Below, piece by piece: positions 8,542 to 18,459 of a stretch of DNA of 32,000 nt; position 1 is the first letter of the stretch; each line of letters begins with the position of its first letter. The stretch is from NCBI RefSeq assembly GCF_002945325.1, contig NZ_CP026606.1, positions 870,001-902,000 on the forward strand, read 5' to 3'. Position numbers and translations under genes: made by a program. The stretch is from Methanococcus maripaludis. Its GTDB lineage: Archaea; AGJL01; Methanococci; Methanococcales; Methanococcaceae. The notes beneath the pieces were generated by a model, which worked only from the letters and a program-made list of their open reading frames with translations, ran no database searches and was not told the DNA's origin.

Positions 8542-10572
8542 TTAAATTTTTTCAACTTTAACGGCACATATTTTTAGTTCTGCGGTTTTTGATACTGGGT
8601 CATACGCGGAATTTGTTAGTTTGTTTGTTGCTTCCTCTAAAAAGTGGAATGACATGTAAACTACTCCTTTTATGACGTTTTCAGTTACTCGGGCATTTGC
8701 ATTTACAGTTCCCCTTCTTGAGGAAACTCTAACTTTTTCTCCAGGCTTTATTCCCAATTCTTTGGCATCTTCAGTATTTATTTCAATGAAGTTTTCATCA
8801 ATCTCATTTGTAATACTCTCACACCTTCTGGTCATTGTTCCAGAGTTGTAGTGAAAGATTATTCTTCCAGTAGTAAGTATGAGTGGGTATTCTTCATCAA
8901 TAAGCTCATCAGCATCTTTATGTTCAACTGGAGTAAATTTACCGAGTCCGTTTGGCCTTAAGAATTTTTCTTTGTGGAGTATTGGAGTTCCAGGGTCTTC
9001 TGGAGTTTTACATGGCCACTGAAGTCCATCAATGCCGAGTCTTTCAAAAGACATTCCTGCATATTGTGGAATAACTTTTGCCATTTCATCGAATATTTCT
9101 GATGCACTTTCGAACTTGAGTTTTTCGCCAGCACCCATTTTTTCAGCAAGTTTTCGAACAATAAGCCAGTCTGGAAGTGCTTCCCCAGGTGCGTCAACTG
9201 CTTTTCTGATTCTTTGTACTCTTCTTTCAGAATTTGTGAATGTTCCGTCTTTTTCAGCCCAGCAAGCTGCAGGAAGTACAACATCTGCAAGTTTTGCAGT
9301 TTCAGTTAAGAAGATATCTTGAACTACAAAGAGATCTAAACTTTTCAAAGCTTTTTCAACGTGGTTTATATCTGCATCAGCAACCATTGGGTCTTCCCCA
9401 ACAATGTGGAGATATTTTATCTGTTTTCCAGCTTCATGTAAAACTTCGGGACTTGTTAATCCAATTTCTCTGTTTAAATCTGCTGTTTCCCATAAGTCTT
9501 CGAGTCTTTCATAAGCTTCTCCAACTTTCTGGTATCCTGGGAATACGTTTGGAAGTGCACCCATGTCACATGCACCTTGAACGTTATTCTGACCTCTTAA
9601 TGGGTTTACACCAGTTCCGGGCCTTCCAAGGTTTCCTGTAACCATTGCAAGGTTACAGCATGATTTAACGTTATCCACACCAAATGTATATTCAGTAACA
9701 CCTAAACAATACATTATAGACGCGTTTTCTGCACTTCCGTACATTCTTGCTGCTTCGAGAATTGTTTCTGCAGGTATTCCTGAAAGTTCTGCTGTTTTTT
9801 CGAGAGTATACTTTGAAACTACATCTTTTAGTTCATCGTAACCTTCGGTTCTGTTTTTAATAAATTCTTCATCAGCCATTCCTTCTTGGATGATGATATT
9901 CGTAATAGTATTTATCAAATCGATATTTGATCCAGGAATAAGCTTTAAATGTAAATCTGCCATTTTTGCAGTGTGTGTTGTTCTTGGATCGATTGCAATT
10001 ATTTTAGTACCATTTTCTTTGGCATTTACAATACTTCTTGCTATTAAAGGGTGAGCTTCAAAAGTATTGGAACCGTAGATAAGCAATACATCTGCTTGTG
10101 CTAAATCAGTGATTGAATTGGTCATTGCACCTGAACCAAAACATTCTCCGAGACCTACAACTGTTGGAGCGTGTCATATCCTCGCACAGTGATCTACGTT
10201 GTTCGTTTTGAGTACAGTTCTTGCAAATTTCTGCAAAGCATAGCTCTCTTCATTTGTGCCTCTCGCACATGAAAAGAATGCTACTTCATCAGGAGAATAT
10301 TGTTTTAATTTTCCTGCGATAAGATCTAATGCTTCATCCCATGTAGCTTCAATAAACTCCCCGTTCTTTTTTATGAGGGGTTTTGTCAGCCTGTCTTCGC
10401 TATGAACAAACTCATAGCAGTAATTACCTTTTATACAGACTTTACCCTCGTTTACAGGGTGTCTTTTGAAAGGGTGGGAATCTACTACTTTACCGTCCTT
10501 AACTACGAGGTCAATACCGCAACCCGTTCCACAGTAGGGGCATATGGTATGAACAACCTTAAATTCGGTCAT
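8542..10572 (-). CDS. fdhA: Formate dehydrogenase alpha subunit, selenocysteine-containing (molybdo/tungstopterin, 676 aa with U133)
   Basis: Two track ORFs (10174-10629 and 8542-10125) are in the same frame, separated only by TGA at 10176..10174. Read-through gives [31 protein letters not shown], the FdhA active-site Sec/Cys context. N-terminal 4Fe-4S motif [12 protein letters not shown]. The true start is ATG 10572, 5 nt after GGTGG. Confidence 0.9.
10174..10176 (-). other. In-frame UGA recoded as selenocysteine (residue 133 of FdhA)
   Basis: TCA on + equals TGA on -. It is flanked by conserved CARI / HAP residues. TGA is also used as a genuine stop in this window (2553-2555), so the recoding is context-dependent. 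Confidence 0.85.
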
Positions 10573-10731
10573 TATTCCACCTTTTAATTTTATACTTATT
10601 TTTAACCTGAAATGGGAAATACGGGCCAAATTAAAAATTTAAAAGCCGTTAAGTCACAAATTCAAAGTTAAAAATGAGTTTGAATATATTTTTTGAGAAA
10701 ATGAAGATCTAGTCTCAAAAATTTGAATGTT

Positions 10732-10772
10732 CCATTGTGAATATTGTGGTCTTGTGGGGCCACACCCACACA
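10732..10772. promoter_or_regulatory. GC-rich TGTGG/CCACA repeat cluster at the fdh promoter/leader. It can form a 6-bp GC-rich hairpin (10753-10770).
   Basis: On + there are TTGTGA (10735-40), TTGTGG (10744-49) and TTGTGG (10752-57), then CCACA (10760-64) and CCACA (10766-70). Stem TGTGGG/CCCACA with loop GCCACA. The cluster sits immediately downstream (on -) of a TATA-like CTATATAT. It is the only GC-rich island in a 635-bp AT-rich spacer. Confidence 0.4.
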
Positions 10773-10780
10773 TATATAGT
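10773..10780 (-). promoter_or_regulatory. Candidate TATA box for fdhAB (reads ACTATATATG on - strand)
   Basis: TATA-like element about 200 nt upstream of the fdhA ATG. Several other TATA-like strings exist further upstream, so the assignment is tentative. Confidence 0.3.
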
Positions 10781-11167
10781 TACTACATATAATTACTTAT
10801 CGATTTTATGTAATTAAAAATTATTAATATATATTTATTACTCGTTAAAAAGTTTCTTAAATTATCAATCTTGTACTTAAAACCCCTAAAAACGAAAAAT
10901 ATTCTTTAAAACCTGTTAAATAATACTCATATCGATAAATATTAATTTTTGATATTCTGTAAAATAGTCCTTTATATACGGGTTACCTCAGTTGATATAG
11001 TAATTTATATATATTACGAGAGTTACATAGTGTAATGTGCGATAGTTGCACATCTTAGAAAGTGACATTCATATTCCACTTTTAAAGATCACCCAAAATA
11101 TTTGTCCCAACAATAGAGAGATATCAAGAAATATCTTTTCTTTATATCCTTTAAAAGAGCTTTTTTC

Positions 11168-11191
11168 AAAAAATTTTAAAAAATTTAAAAA
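11168..11191 (-). terminator. Oligo-T tracts downstream of dys (T5, T6, T6 on - strand)
   Basis: A-runs on + at 11168-73, 11178-83 and 11187-91, within 40 nt of the dys stop (11208-11210). Confidence 0.4.
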
Positions 11192-11207
11192 TAGTATTTT
11201 ATGATTG

Positions 11208-12257
<1,050 letters not shown>

Positions 12258-12271
12258 CTAAATAAAAAAAT

Positions 12272-12775
12272 TTAAGCTTTTGAAATCTTTTTCTTCAAAT
12301 GTGGCATTAATCCGCCATTGTTTAAGATTTCCATCATGAAGTCTGGAAGATTTTGGCCAGTTAGTTCGACGCCAGTTGTAACATTTTTAACTGTACCTTT
12401 ATCAAGGTCAACTCTCAAAACGTCGCCTTCTTTTACGTGTTTTGAAATGTCTTTACATTCTAACAATGGAAATCCGATATTGATGGAATTTCTATAAAAA
12501 ATTCTTGCAAAACTCTCTGCAATAACCATTGAAATACCTAAACCTTTCAAACCAATTGGAGCGTGTTCTCTTGAACTTCCGCAACCGAAATTCTTACCGC
12601 CAACGATAATGTCGCCAACAGTAGCTTTTTCAGGGAATTCTGGGTCGGTTCCAGTCATTGCATATTTTGCAAGCTGTTCTTCGGTAGTGTATACAAGGTA
12701 TCTTGCAGGTAATATTGCATCAGTATCGATGTTATCTCCAAAAACCCATGCTTTGCCTTCGACAGTCTTTTTCAT
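12272..12775 (-). CDS. leuD: Aconitase-family small subunit, LeuD-type (3-isopropylmalate dehydratase small subunit; HacB paralogy cannot be fully excluded)
   Basis: Motifs GDNIDTDAILPARYL and GKNFGCGSSREHAP. The YLVY loop resembles what I recall for methanogen LeuD rather than HacB (YLRT); this is memory-based. The true start is ATG 12775 after GGTGG, giving 167 aa. Confidence 0.7.
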   Translation of the reverse strand: MKKTVEGKAWVFGDNIDTDAILPARYLVYTTEEQLAKYAMTGTDPEFPEKATVGDIIVGGKNFGCGSSREHAPIGLKGLGISMVIAESFARIFYRNSINIGFPLLECKDISKHVKEGDVLRVDLDKGTVKNVTTGVELTGQNLPDFMMEILNNGGLMPHLKKKISKA

Positions 12776-12792
12776 AATTCCACCAGATTTAA

Positions 12793-14007
12793 TTATTCGT
12801 CTATTGCTTTTCTGAGTACGTCCATGTCGCATTCAATTTCAGTAGGCATTGTACTTGCTTTGATTGCAGCGTCTGGATCTTTTAATCCATTACCTGTTGT
12901 GATACATACGATTTTTTGATTTTTGTCAATTAATCCCATGTTTATTAATTTAATAAGACCTGCAATTGATGAAGCTGAAGCAGGTTCTACGAAAATTCCT
13001 TCTGTTTGTGCGAGAAGTTTTTGAGCTTCGATAATTTCTTCATCGTTTACGCTTTCTGCAAGTCCGCCTGAAGATTTGATTGCATCAAGTGCTTTTGCAG
13101 CGTTTACAGGGTTTCCAATTCTGATTGCAGTTGCGATTGTTTCAGGATTTTCGTCAGGAACTATTTCGTCGAGTCCTTCTTTTATCGCTTTTACAATTGG
13201 CTGTGCACCTTCTGCTTGGATTCCAGTCATTTTTGGTAATCTGTCAATCATTTCTGTTTCTTTAAATTCTTTAAATCCTTTCCAGATTGCGCTGATGTTT
13301 CCAGCGTTTCCAACCGGTAAAATAACCATGTCTGGAACTTCAAAGTCTAACTGGTCGCAGATTTCAAAACCAATTGTTTTCTGACCTTCAAGTCTGAATG
13401 GGTTTACAGAGTTTAATAAATAGAGTTTGTTTTCTAATGCAAGGTTCTTAACCATTACAAGAGCTTCATCAAAGTTTCCGTTGATCTGGATAACTTTTGC
13501 ACCGTAAAACATTGCCTGAGCAAGTTTTCCAAGAGCTACTTTTCCTCCAGGAAGAAGAACAATACATTTTTTACCTGCTCTTGCAGAGTATGCTGCAAGT
13601 GATGCAGATGTGTTTCCGGTTGAAGCACAGCCTACTACTTCAACACCAAGTTCGTTTGCTCTTGTAACCCCTACAGTCATTCCTCTATCTTTGAAACTTC
13701 CTGTTGGGTTTGCACCTTCGTTTTTAACATATAACTCTTTCATTCCTAATTTTTTTGCGAGATTTTCACATTTGTAAAGTGGAGTTCCCCCTTCGTGAAG
13801 GCTCACAATTTTTGCAGGATCTTTAACAGGCAGATAGTCTAAATATCTCCATACGCCAAGTTCTCTTTCCCTTAAGGATTCTTTTGAAACTTTTTCTTTT
13901 ATACTTTCAAAATCGTATTTAATTTCGAGTAATCCGCCACATTCGCAGTTGTAAATTATGGCATCAACATCGTATTCTTTTCCGCATACTCTGCATTTTT
14001 GAATCAT
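12793..14007 (-). CDS. thrC: Threonine synthase
   Basis: N-terminal zinc-ribbon CRVCGKEY...CECGG. PLP lysine context NPTGSFKDRGMTV. 404 aa. Confidence 0.95.
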   Translation of the reverse strand: MIQKCRVCGKEYDVDAIIYNCECGGLLEIKYDFESIKEKVSKESLRERELGVWRYLDYLPVKDPAKIVSLHEGGTPLYKCENLAKKLGMKELYVKNEGANPTGSFKDRGMTVGVTRANELGVEVVGCASTGNTSASLAAYSARAGKKCIVLLPGGKVALGKLAQAMFYGAKVIQINGNFDEALVMVKNLALENKLYLLNSVNPFRLEGQKTIGFEICDQLDFEVPDMVILPVGNAGNISAIWKGFKEFKETEMIDRLPKMTGIQAEGAQPIVKAIKEGLDEIVPDENPETIATAIRIGNPVNAAKALDAIKSSGGLAESVNDEEIIEAQKLLAQTEGIFVEPASASSIAGLIKLINMGLIDKNQKIVCITTGNGLKDPDAAIKASTMPTEIECDMDVLRKAIDE

Positions 14008-14211
14008 ATTCTCACTTGTTATCTTGATTGAATACCACTATCAAATTATAAAATATAAATGTATCATTAATCAGGGAACTTTGAAATTAATAAAGCGAAA
14101 CTTCAAACTTTTGGTTTAGAAAATCTAATAACATAAATCATAAATACTAATACCAATATATGGAAATTGGGGAATCTAATTATTAGCTATATGCCACCAA
14201 TTGATACCAAA

Positions 14212-14236
14212 CCATTGTAAATATTGTGCATCTTGG
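14212..14236. repeat. Second copy of the CCATTGTRAATATTGTG-N1-2-TCTTG motif that also occurs at 10732-10756
   Basis: Direct comparison: CCATTGTAAATATTGTGCATCTTGG here versus CCATTGTGAATATTGTGG-TCTTGTGG upstream of fdhA. Same orientation. Both sit 160-230 bp upstream of a - strand gene start. Confidence 0.4.
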
Positions 14237-14278
14237 ATAAGACCTATTTTTTTGGGAAAGCGTTTTTTCTTTCCAAAT

Positions 14279-14623
14279 TTACAGATATTTTTTTATTTTT
14301 ATAAGTGTTTTAATTGATGAAGTTATTTCGTGAATTCTGCCAATTTCTTCTTCAGAATCCAATTTAGAAAATAAATATTCGATTTTTCTATTTATTGTCC
14401 TTAATTTATCATCATTTTTTGAGATATTGTTTTCATTTATTTTTTTTAATTGTTTTTCTGATTCTTTTGAATCGCCTTTTAATTCAATTTCAGAAGTACT
14501 GCAGTTTGGGCAGTATTCCAAACCGTCTTTTTCGAACATTGGAAACCCGCAAGAACTGCAGTGTTTTCCAAGCATTTTTGCCCCCTTGGCAAGCTCTTTT
14601 GAAGCCATACTGATTTCATCCAC
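14279..14623 (-). CDS. UPF0148 / autoantigen-p27-like zinc-ribbon protein
   Basis: The motif HCSSCGFPMFEKDGLEYCPNC is followed by a charged coiled tail. GTG start follows GGTGGT. Confidence 0.7.
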   Translation of the reverse strand: MDEISMASKELAKGAKMLGKHCSSCGFPMFEKDGLEYCPNCSTSEIELKGDSKESEKQLKKINENNISKNDDKLRTINRKIEYLFSKLDSEEEIGRIHEITSSIKTLIKIKKYL

Positions 14624-14672
14624 GTTACCACCAGATTTATATATTAATTAAAATAATATACAAAAAAAGGTA

Positions 14673-16175
14673 ATGGTGGTTATTTTGTTTTTAGATAAAA
14701 TAGTTAGTGCTCAAAGAGCCTACACTTTTGACGATGTATTATTAGTTCCAAACAAATCCTTTGTTGATCCAAAAACTACGGATGTTTCGGTCGATATTGC
14801 AGGTTTAAAGCTTAATATCCCGATTATATCTGCGGCAATGGACACAGTTTCTGAAAAAGATTTAGCAATTGCTCTTGCAAGAAGAGGGGGAATTGCAGTA
14901 ATCCACAGAAACATGACTGTTGAAGAACAGTTGAAACACGTTAAGGCTGTTAAAATGGCAGAAAATCTAGTAATTAGAGATGTCGTAACAGTTGAACCTT
15001 CCAGCAGTGTTTTAGATGCTGAAAGGATAATGTACGAATACAACGTGAGCGGTCTTCCAGTAGTTTCTGAAAACAAGACTCTTGTCGGGATTCTCACCAC
15101 AAGAGACTTAAAATTCGTTCCAGATAAAAACGTGGCTGTAGAAACAGTTATGACCAAAGAAGTACTTCACGTACATGAAGATACACCATATGAAGAAATT
15201 TTAAACAGACTTTACGAAAACAAAATCGAAAGACTTCCTATTTTGGATAAAAACACGAAAGAACTTCTCGGAATGGTTACATTAAGAGATATCTTAAAAA
15301 GAAAAAAATACCCTGACGCAGCAAGAGATAGTGATGGAAAACTCGTTGTTGCAGCAGCTTGCGGTCCAAGCGACTTTGAAAGAGCTGAAGCATTAGTTTT
15401 AGCGGGTGTTGATGCAGTTGCAATTGATTGTGCACACGCGCACAACATGCAGGTTGTAGAAAACGTCAAAAAATTAAAAGAAATATTAAAAGGAACCAAA
15501 ACAAAATTATTCGTTGGAAACATTGCAACAGGCGAAGCTGCAGAAGATTTAATTAAAGCGGGTGCAGATGCACTTAAAGTTGGAATTGGACCTGGTTCCA
15601 TATGTACAACAAGAGTTGTTGCAGGAGTTGGAGTTCCCCAGTTAACTGCAGTTGCTGAAGTTGCTGAAGTTGCTAAAAAGTACGGTGTTCCAGTAATCGC
15701 AGACGGCGGTATAAAATACAGCGGTGACATTGCAAAAGCAATTGCAGCTGGTGCAAATGCTGTAATGGTTGGAAGTCTTTTAGCAGGTACAGAAGAAGCT
15801 CCAGGATCATTAATGACCATTAACGGAAGAAAATACAAACAATATAGAGGAATGGGTTCCCTTGGTGCAATGTGTGGAAGTTCCGGAAACGTTGCAGACA
15901 GATACTTCCAGAGTGGACACATGAAACACTCAAAACTCGTTCCTGAAGGAATCGAAGGTGCTGTTCCATATAAGGGGCCTACAAGCGATATTGTATACCA
16001 GTTAATTGGTGGTTTAAGATCATCCATGGGATACTGTGGTGCACAGAACCTTTCTGAAATGCATGAAAAGGCAAGATTTGTAATTATTACCCAAAGTGGA
16101 CAGAAAGAAAGCCACCCTCACGATGTTTTAATCACGAACGAAGCTCCAAACTACCCAATAAACGCTGAAAGATAA
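14673..16175 (+). CDS. guaB: Inosine-5'-monophosphate dehydrogenase
   Basis: [12 protein letters not shown], a CBS pair, the catalytic loop [11 protein letters not shown], and [12 protein letters not shown]. The real start is probably TTG 14685 (MFLDKIV...), 5 nt after GGTGG (14675-79), rather than ATG 14673. Confidence 0.93.
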   Translation: MVVILFLDKIVSAQRAYTFDDVLLVPNKSFVDPKTTDVSVDIAGLKLNIPIISAAMDTVSEKDLAIALARRGGIAVIHRNMTVEEQLKHVKAVKMAENLVIRDVVTVEPSSSVLDAERIMYEYNVSGLPVVSENKTLVGILTTRDLKFVPDKNVAVETVMTKEVLHVHEDTPYEEILNRLYENKIERLPILDKNTKELLGMVTLRDILKRKKYPDAARDSDGKLVVAAACGPSDFERAEALVLAGVDAVAIDCAHAHNMQVVENVKKLKEILKGTKTKLFVGNIATGEAAEDLIKAGADALKVGIGPGSICTTRVVAGVGVPQLTAVAEVAEVAKKYGVPVIADGGIKYSGDIAKAIAAGANAVMVGSLLAGTEEAPGSLMTINGRKYKQYRGMGSLGAMCGSSGNVADRYFQSGHMKHSKLVPEGIEGAVPYKGPTSDIVYQLIGGLRSSMGYCGAQNLSEMHEKARFVIITQSGQKESHPHDVLITNEAPNYPINAER

Positions 16176-16178
16176 TTC

Positions 16179-16200
16179 TCTTTTTTATTTTTTATTTCTT
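16179..16200 (+). terminator. Oligo-T tracts after guaB
   Basis: TCTTTTTTATTTTTTATTTCTT lies immediately after the TAA at 16173-75. Confidence 0.4.
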
Positions 16201-16247
16201 TGAAAAAAGTTTAGAAATAGTTTTTAAAATAATTTAAAAAAATAATA

Positions 16248-17111
16248 TTATTCTATATATTTTTTACCGGTTTTTGACCTTATTTCTTTGAATCTATCAC
16301 TTAACTCTTTTGTAACAGGGCCTAATTTTCCGTTGTTAATTATTCTTCCATCGATTTCAACAACATGGATTAATTCTGCTGCAGTTCCTGTGATAAATAT
16401 CTCATCTGCAACAAATAAATCGTGTAACGTCATTTTTTCTTCTATAATTGTATAACCTGCTTCTTTTGCAAGATCTACAACAGTGTCTCTTGTAATTCCT
16501 TTTAAAACACTTGATGAAAGAGGAGGTGTTTTTATTTTACCATTTTTAATAACAAATACATTGTCACCAGTTCCTTCTGCGACGTATCCTTCACTGTCGA
16601 GTAAAAAAGCTTCGTCTACACCTGCGTAATTGGCCTGAATTTTTGCTAAAATACTGTTTAAATAATTTAAAGATTTTACAGCAGGATTTAAAACATCTAC
16701 AGGTAGTCTTCTTATTGATGAGGTTATAACCTTTATTCCATCTTCTCCAAGAAGTGGTTTCATATTCTCTGCAATACAGAAAATCGTTGCTTTTGGACAT
16801 TTTCTTGGATCAAGTCCTAAATCCCCAACTCCCCTTGTAACTACAAGTCTTATGTATGCGTCTTTTAAGTTGTTTGATTTTAAAGTTTCGATAACAATTT
16901 CTTCCATTTCTACTTTTGAAGCAGGGATTTTCATAGCGATAGAATCTGCTGAATCATATAAACGTTCAATATGTTCTTCTAATTTAAATACTACTCCATC
17001 ATATGCCCTAATTCCTTCAAAAACCCCGTCACCATAAAGCAAACCGTGGTCATATACGGATACTTTCGCATTTTCTTTTTCTACGAAATTTCCATCGAGA
17101 TAAATTTTCAT
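16248..17111 (-). CDS. ilvE: Branched-chain amino acid aminotransferase (PLP fold type IV)
   Basis: The motif VSVYDHGLLYGDGVFEGIRAY is present, along with the EGTGDNVF and ITGTAAE motifs. 287 aa. Confidence 0.92.
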   Translation of the reverse strand: MKIYLDGNFVEKENAKVSVYDHGLLYGDGVFEGIRAYDGVVFKLEEHIERLYDSADSIAMKIPASKVEMEEIVIETLKSNNLKDAYIRLVVTRGVGDLGLDPRKCPKATIFCIAENMKPLLGEDGIKVITSSIRRLPVDVLNPAVKSLNYLNSILAKIQANYAGVDEAFLLDSEGYVAEGTGDNVFVIKNGKIKTPPLSSSVLKGITRDTVVDLAKEAGYTIIEEKMTLHDLFVADEIFITGTAAELIHVVEIDGRIINNGKLGPVTKELSDRFKEIRSKTGKKYIE

Positions 17112-17160
17112 GACTAAACCACCATCAAAAATACTTTTAATGCATTTAAGAGTTTAATTC

Positions 17161-18315
17161 TTAATATTTTTTTGTATTTGAAAGGCTTTCTAAAAATCCG
17201 TCGATATGTTCAATTTCAAGATGCGGCATTACAACAATCCTTAAAGCATCTACACACCTGCAAACTGAAACGTACCAGTTCTCTTCTCGCAGTTTCATAC
17301 ATGTTTCATGTTTATTTTCATCTTTTAGTGCAACAATATTCATTACCGGATCAATTGCAGTTTCAAACCCATATTCTCTCGCTTTTTTCACTAAATGCGT
17401 TGTTTTTTCCATTGATTCGTTTACAAGGGTTTCATATCCATCTATTCCAAGTAATTTCATAATTCCCCAAGTTGACGCAACACCTACGCCAGAACGAGTT
17501 CCAATTATCGTTGCCTGCTGTTTTTCAGTTAAATACGGAGCATCCACATCCAGATATTTTTTAAAAGTATTATCCCTAAACAAAATTCCTCCGGCAGAAA
17601 TTGGAGCAAGCCCCATCTTGTGAGGGTCTATCGTAATAGAAGAAACTCCGTTTAGTGAAAAATCAAAATCGTAATTATATCCATCTAATTTGTATTTATC
17701 GTCTAAAAATGGAATTACAAAACCACCAAATGCAGCATCCACGTGAAGCAAAATATCATTTTCAACCGCGATTTTTGATAATTCGCAGATATTATCAATT
17801 GATCCAAGTTCTGTACATCCTGCAATCCCTACAATTCCAGATACTTCGTTTTTAGAATCTTCGATATAATCTCGAATAAATTTTACATCCATTGTAAAAT
17901 ATTTCGTTAAAGGAGGCCGTACAACATTTAAATCCATCATATCTTTTGCTTTGTCAAAAGAAAAGTGTGCAGTTTCAGGAATTATGATATTTTGAGGTTT
18001 ACCCTTAGATTTTGAGATATTTTTAAATGCCCTCATTGCCGTAAGGTTTGCTTCAGTTCCCCCTGAAATAATGTAACCAAAAACATTATTATTGTGCAAA
18101 ATACCGCCAATCATTGAAACTACTTCTTTTTCTAACTTTGAAGTACCTTTAAATAATCCAGGATCTCCCAAATTTGTTTCAAAAAACATTTCTGAAATTT
18201 TTCGTGCCATTGGGTGTGGTTTTGTGCACATTGAGCCTAAAATGTAGCCTTCTTCGTATTTTAAATCCTGATTCCTGTATTCTCGTAATTCGTTTAAAAT
18301 ATCCTGCTCATCCAT
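17161..18315 (-). CDS. mfnA: L-tyrosine / L-aspartate decarboxylase (methanofuran and CoA precursor synthesis)
   Basis: Group II PLP decarboxylase motifs [21 protein letters not shown] and DPHKMG. Size (384 aa) and overall similarity match archaeal MfnA. Confidence 0.85.
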   Translation of the reverse strand: MDEQDILNELREYRNQDLKYEEGYILGSMCTKPHPMARKISEMFFETNLGDPGLFKGTSKLEKEVVSMIGGILHNNNVFGYIISGGTEANLTAMRAFKNISKSKGKPQNIIIPETAHFSFDKAKDMMDLNVVRPPLTKYFTMDVKFIRDYIEDSKNEVSGIVGIAGCTELGSIDNICELSKIAVENDILLHVDAAFGGFVIPFLDDKYKLDGYNYDFDFSLNGVSSITIDPHKMGLAPISAGGILFRDNTFKKYLDVDAPYLTEKQQATIIGTRSGVGVASTWGIMKLLGIDGYETLVNESMEKTTHLVKKAREYGFETAIDPVMNIVALKDENKHETCMKLREENWYVSVCRCVDALRIVVMPHLEIEHIDGFLESLSNTKKY

Positions 18316-18459
18316 TGGTAATCTACCGGTAAGATTTTTTTAATTTCTTTGAGTTAATTGTTTATAAAATCGCTGCACTTTTTAAAAAACCTTTGTATCA
18401 GATCGTTGATTATTTAAAAAAAGAGATTTTTTTGTAATGATATAATTTTTTACAAACTT

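Noticed and set aside
10573-10629. The N-terminal extension of the fdhA ORF ([19 protein letters not shown]).
   Set aside because: The extension contains the GGTGG ribosome-binding site for ATG 10572. FdhA homologs begin close to the CPYCGTGC cluster.
10660-10721. Two AU-rich inverted repeats in the fdh leader. One is ATTCAAA/TTTGAAT (10660-66 / 10679-85). The other is TTTTTGAGA/TCTCAAAAA (10690-98 / 10713-21), enclosing an AGATCT palindrome.
   Set aside because: At this AT content, 7-9 bp A/T-rich inverted repeats with loops under 20 nt are expected by chance several times per window. They have no GC pairs and no independent support, so they are not reported as findings.
10654-10773. A 39-codon ORF in the fdh leader on the - strand (MCGCGPTRPQYSQWNIQIFETRSSFSQKIYSNSFLTLNL).
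   Set aside because: It has no RBS. Its ATG abuts the TATA-like element and would probably lie upstream of the transcription start. Its composition is that of translated non-coding sequence. The Cys-Gly start simply reflects the TGTGG repeats.
14247-14277. A hairpin GGAAAG-CGTTTTTT-CTTTCC just 3' of the UPF0148 gene, flanked by T7 on the + strand.
   Set aside because: On the - strand, which is the gene's strand, it is followed by an A-tract rather than a T-tract. No + strand gene is present to terminate. It could be a stabilising 3' stem, but the evidence is too thin to call it a terminator.
15212-16027. Long antisense ORFs opposite real genes. These include 271 aa opposite guaB, and others at 14720-15157, 1760-2248, 6783-7238, 8958-9641, 13076-13384, 18716-19126, 21169-21519, 23821-24573, 26047-26464 and 30900-31334.
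   Set aside because: Each lies entirely within a gene that has strong family motifs on the other strand. Their products are low-complexity (S/P/T/F/I-rich), lack an RBS, and are the expected shadow of codon-biased AT-rich coding sequence.
18433-18458. A 7-bp inverted repeat TTTGTAA-N12-TTACAAA immediately downstream of fumA.
   Set aside because: It consists of A/T pairs plus one G-C pair and is within chance expectation. The adjacent T7 tract on the - strand is sufficient by itself as an archaeal terminator signal.
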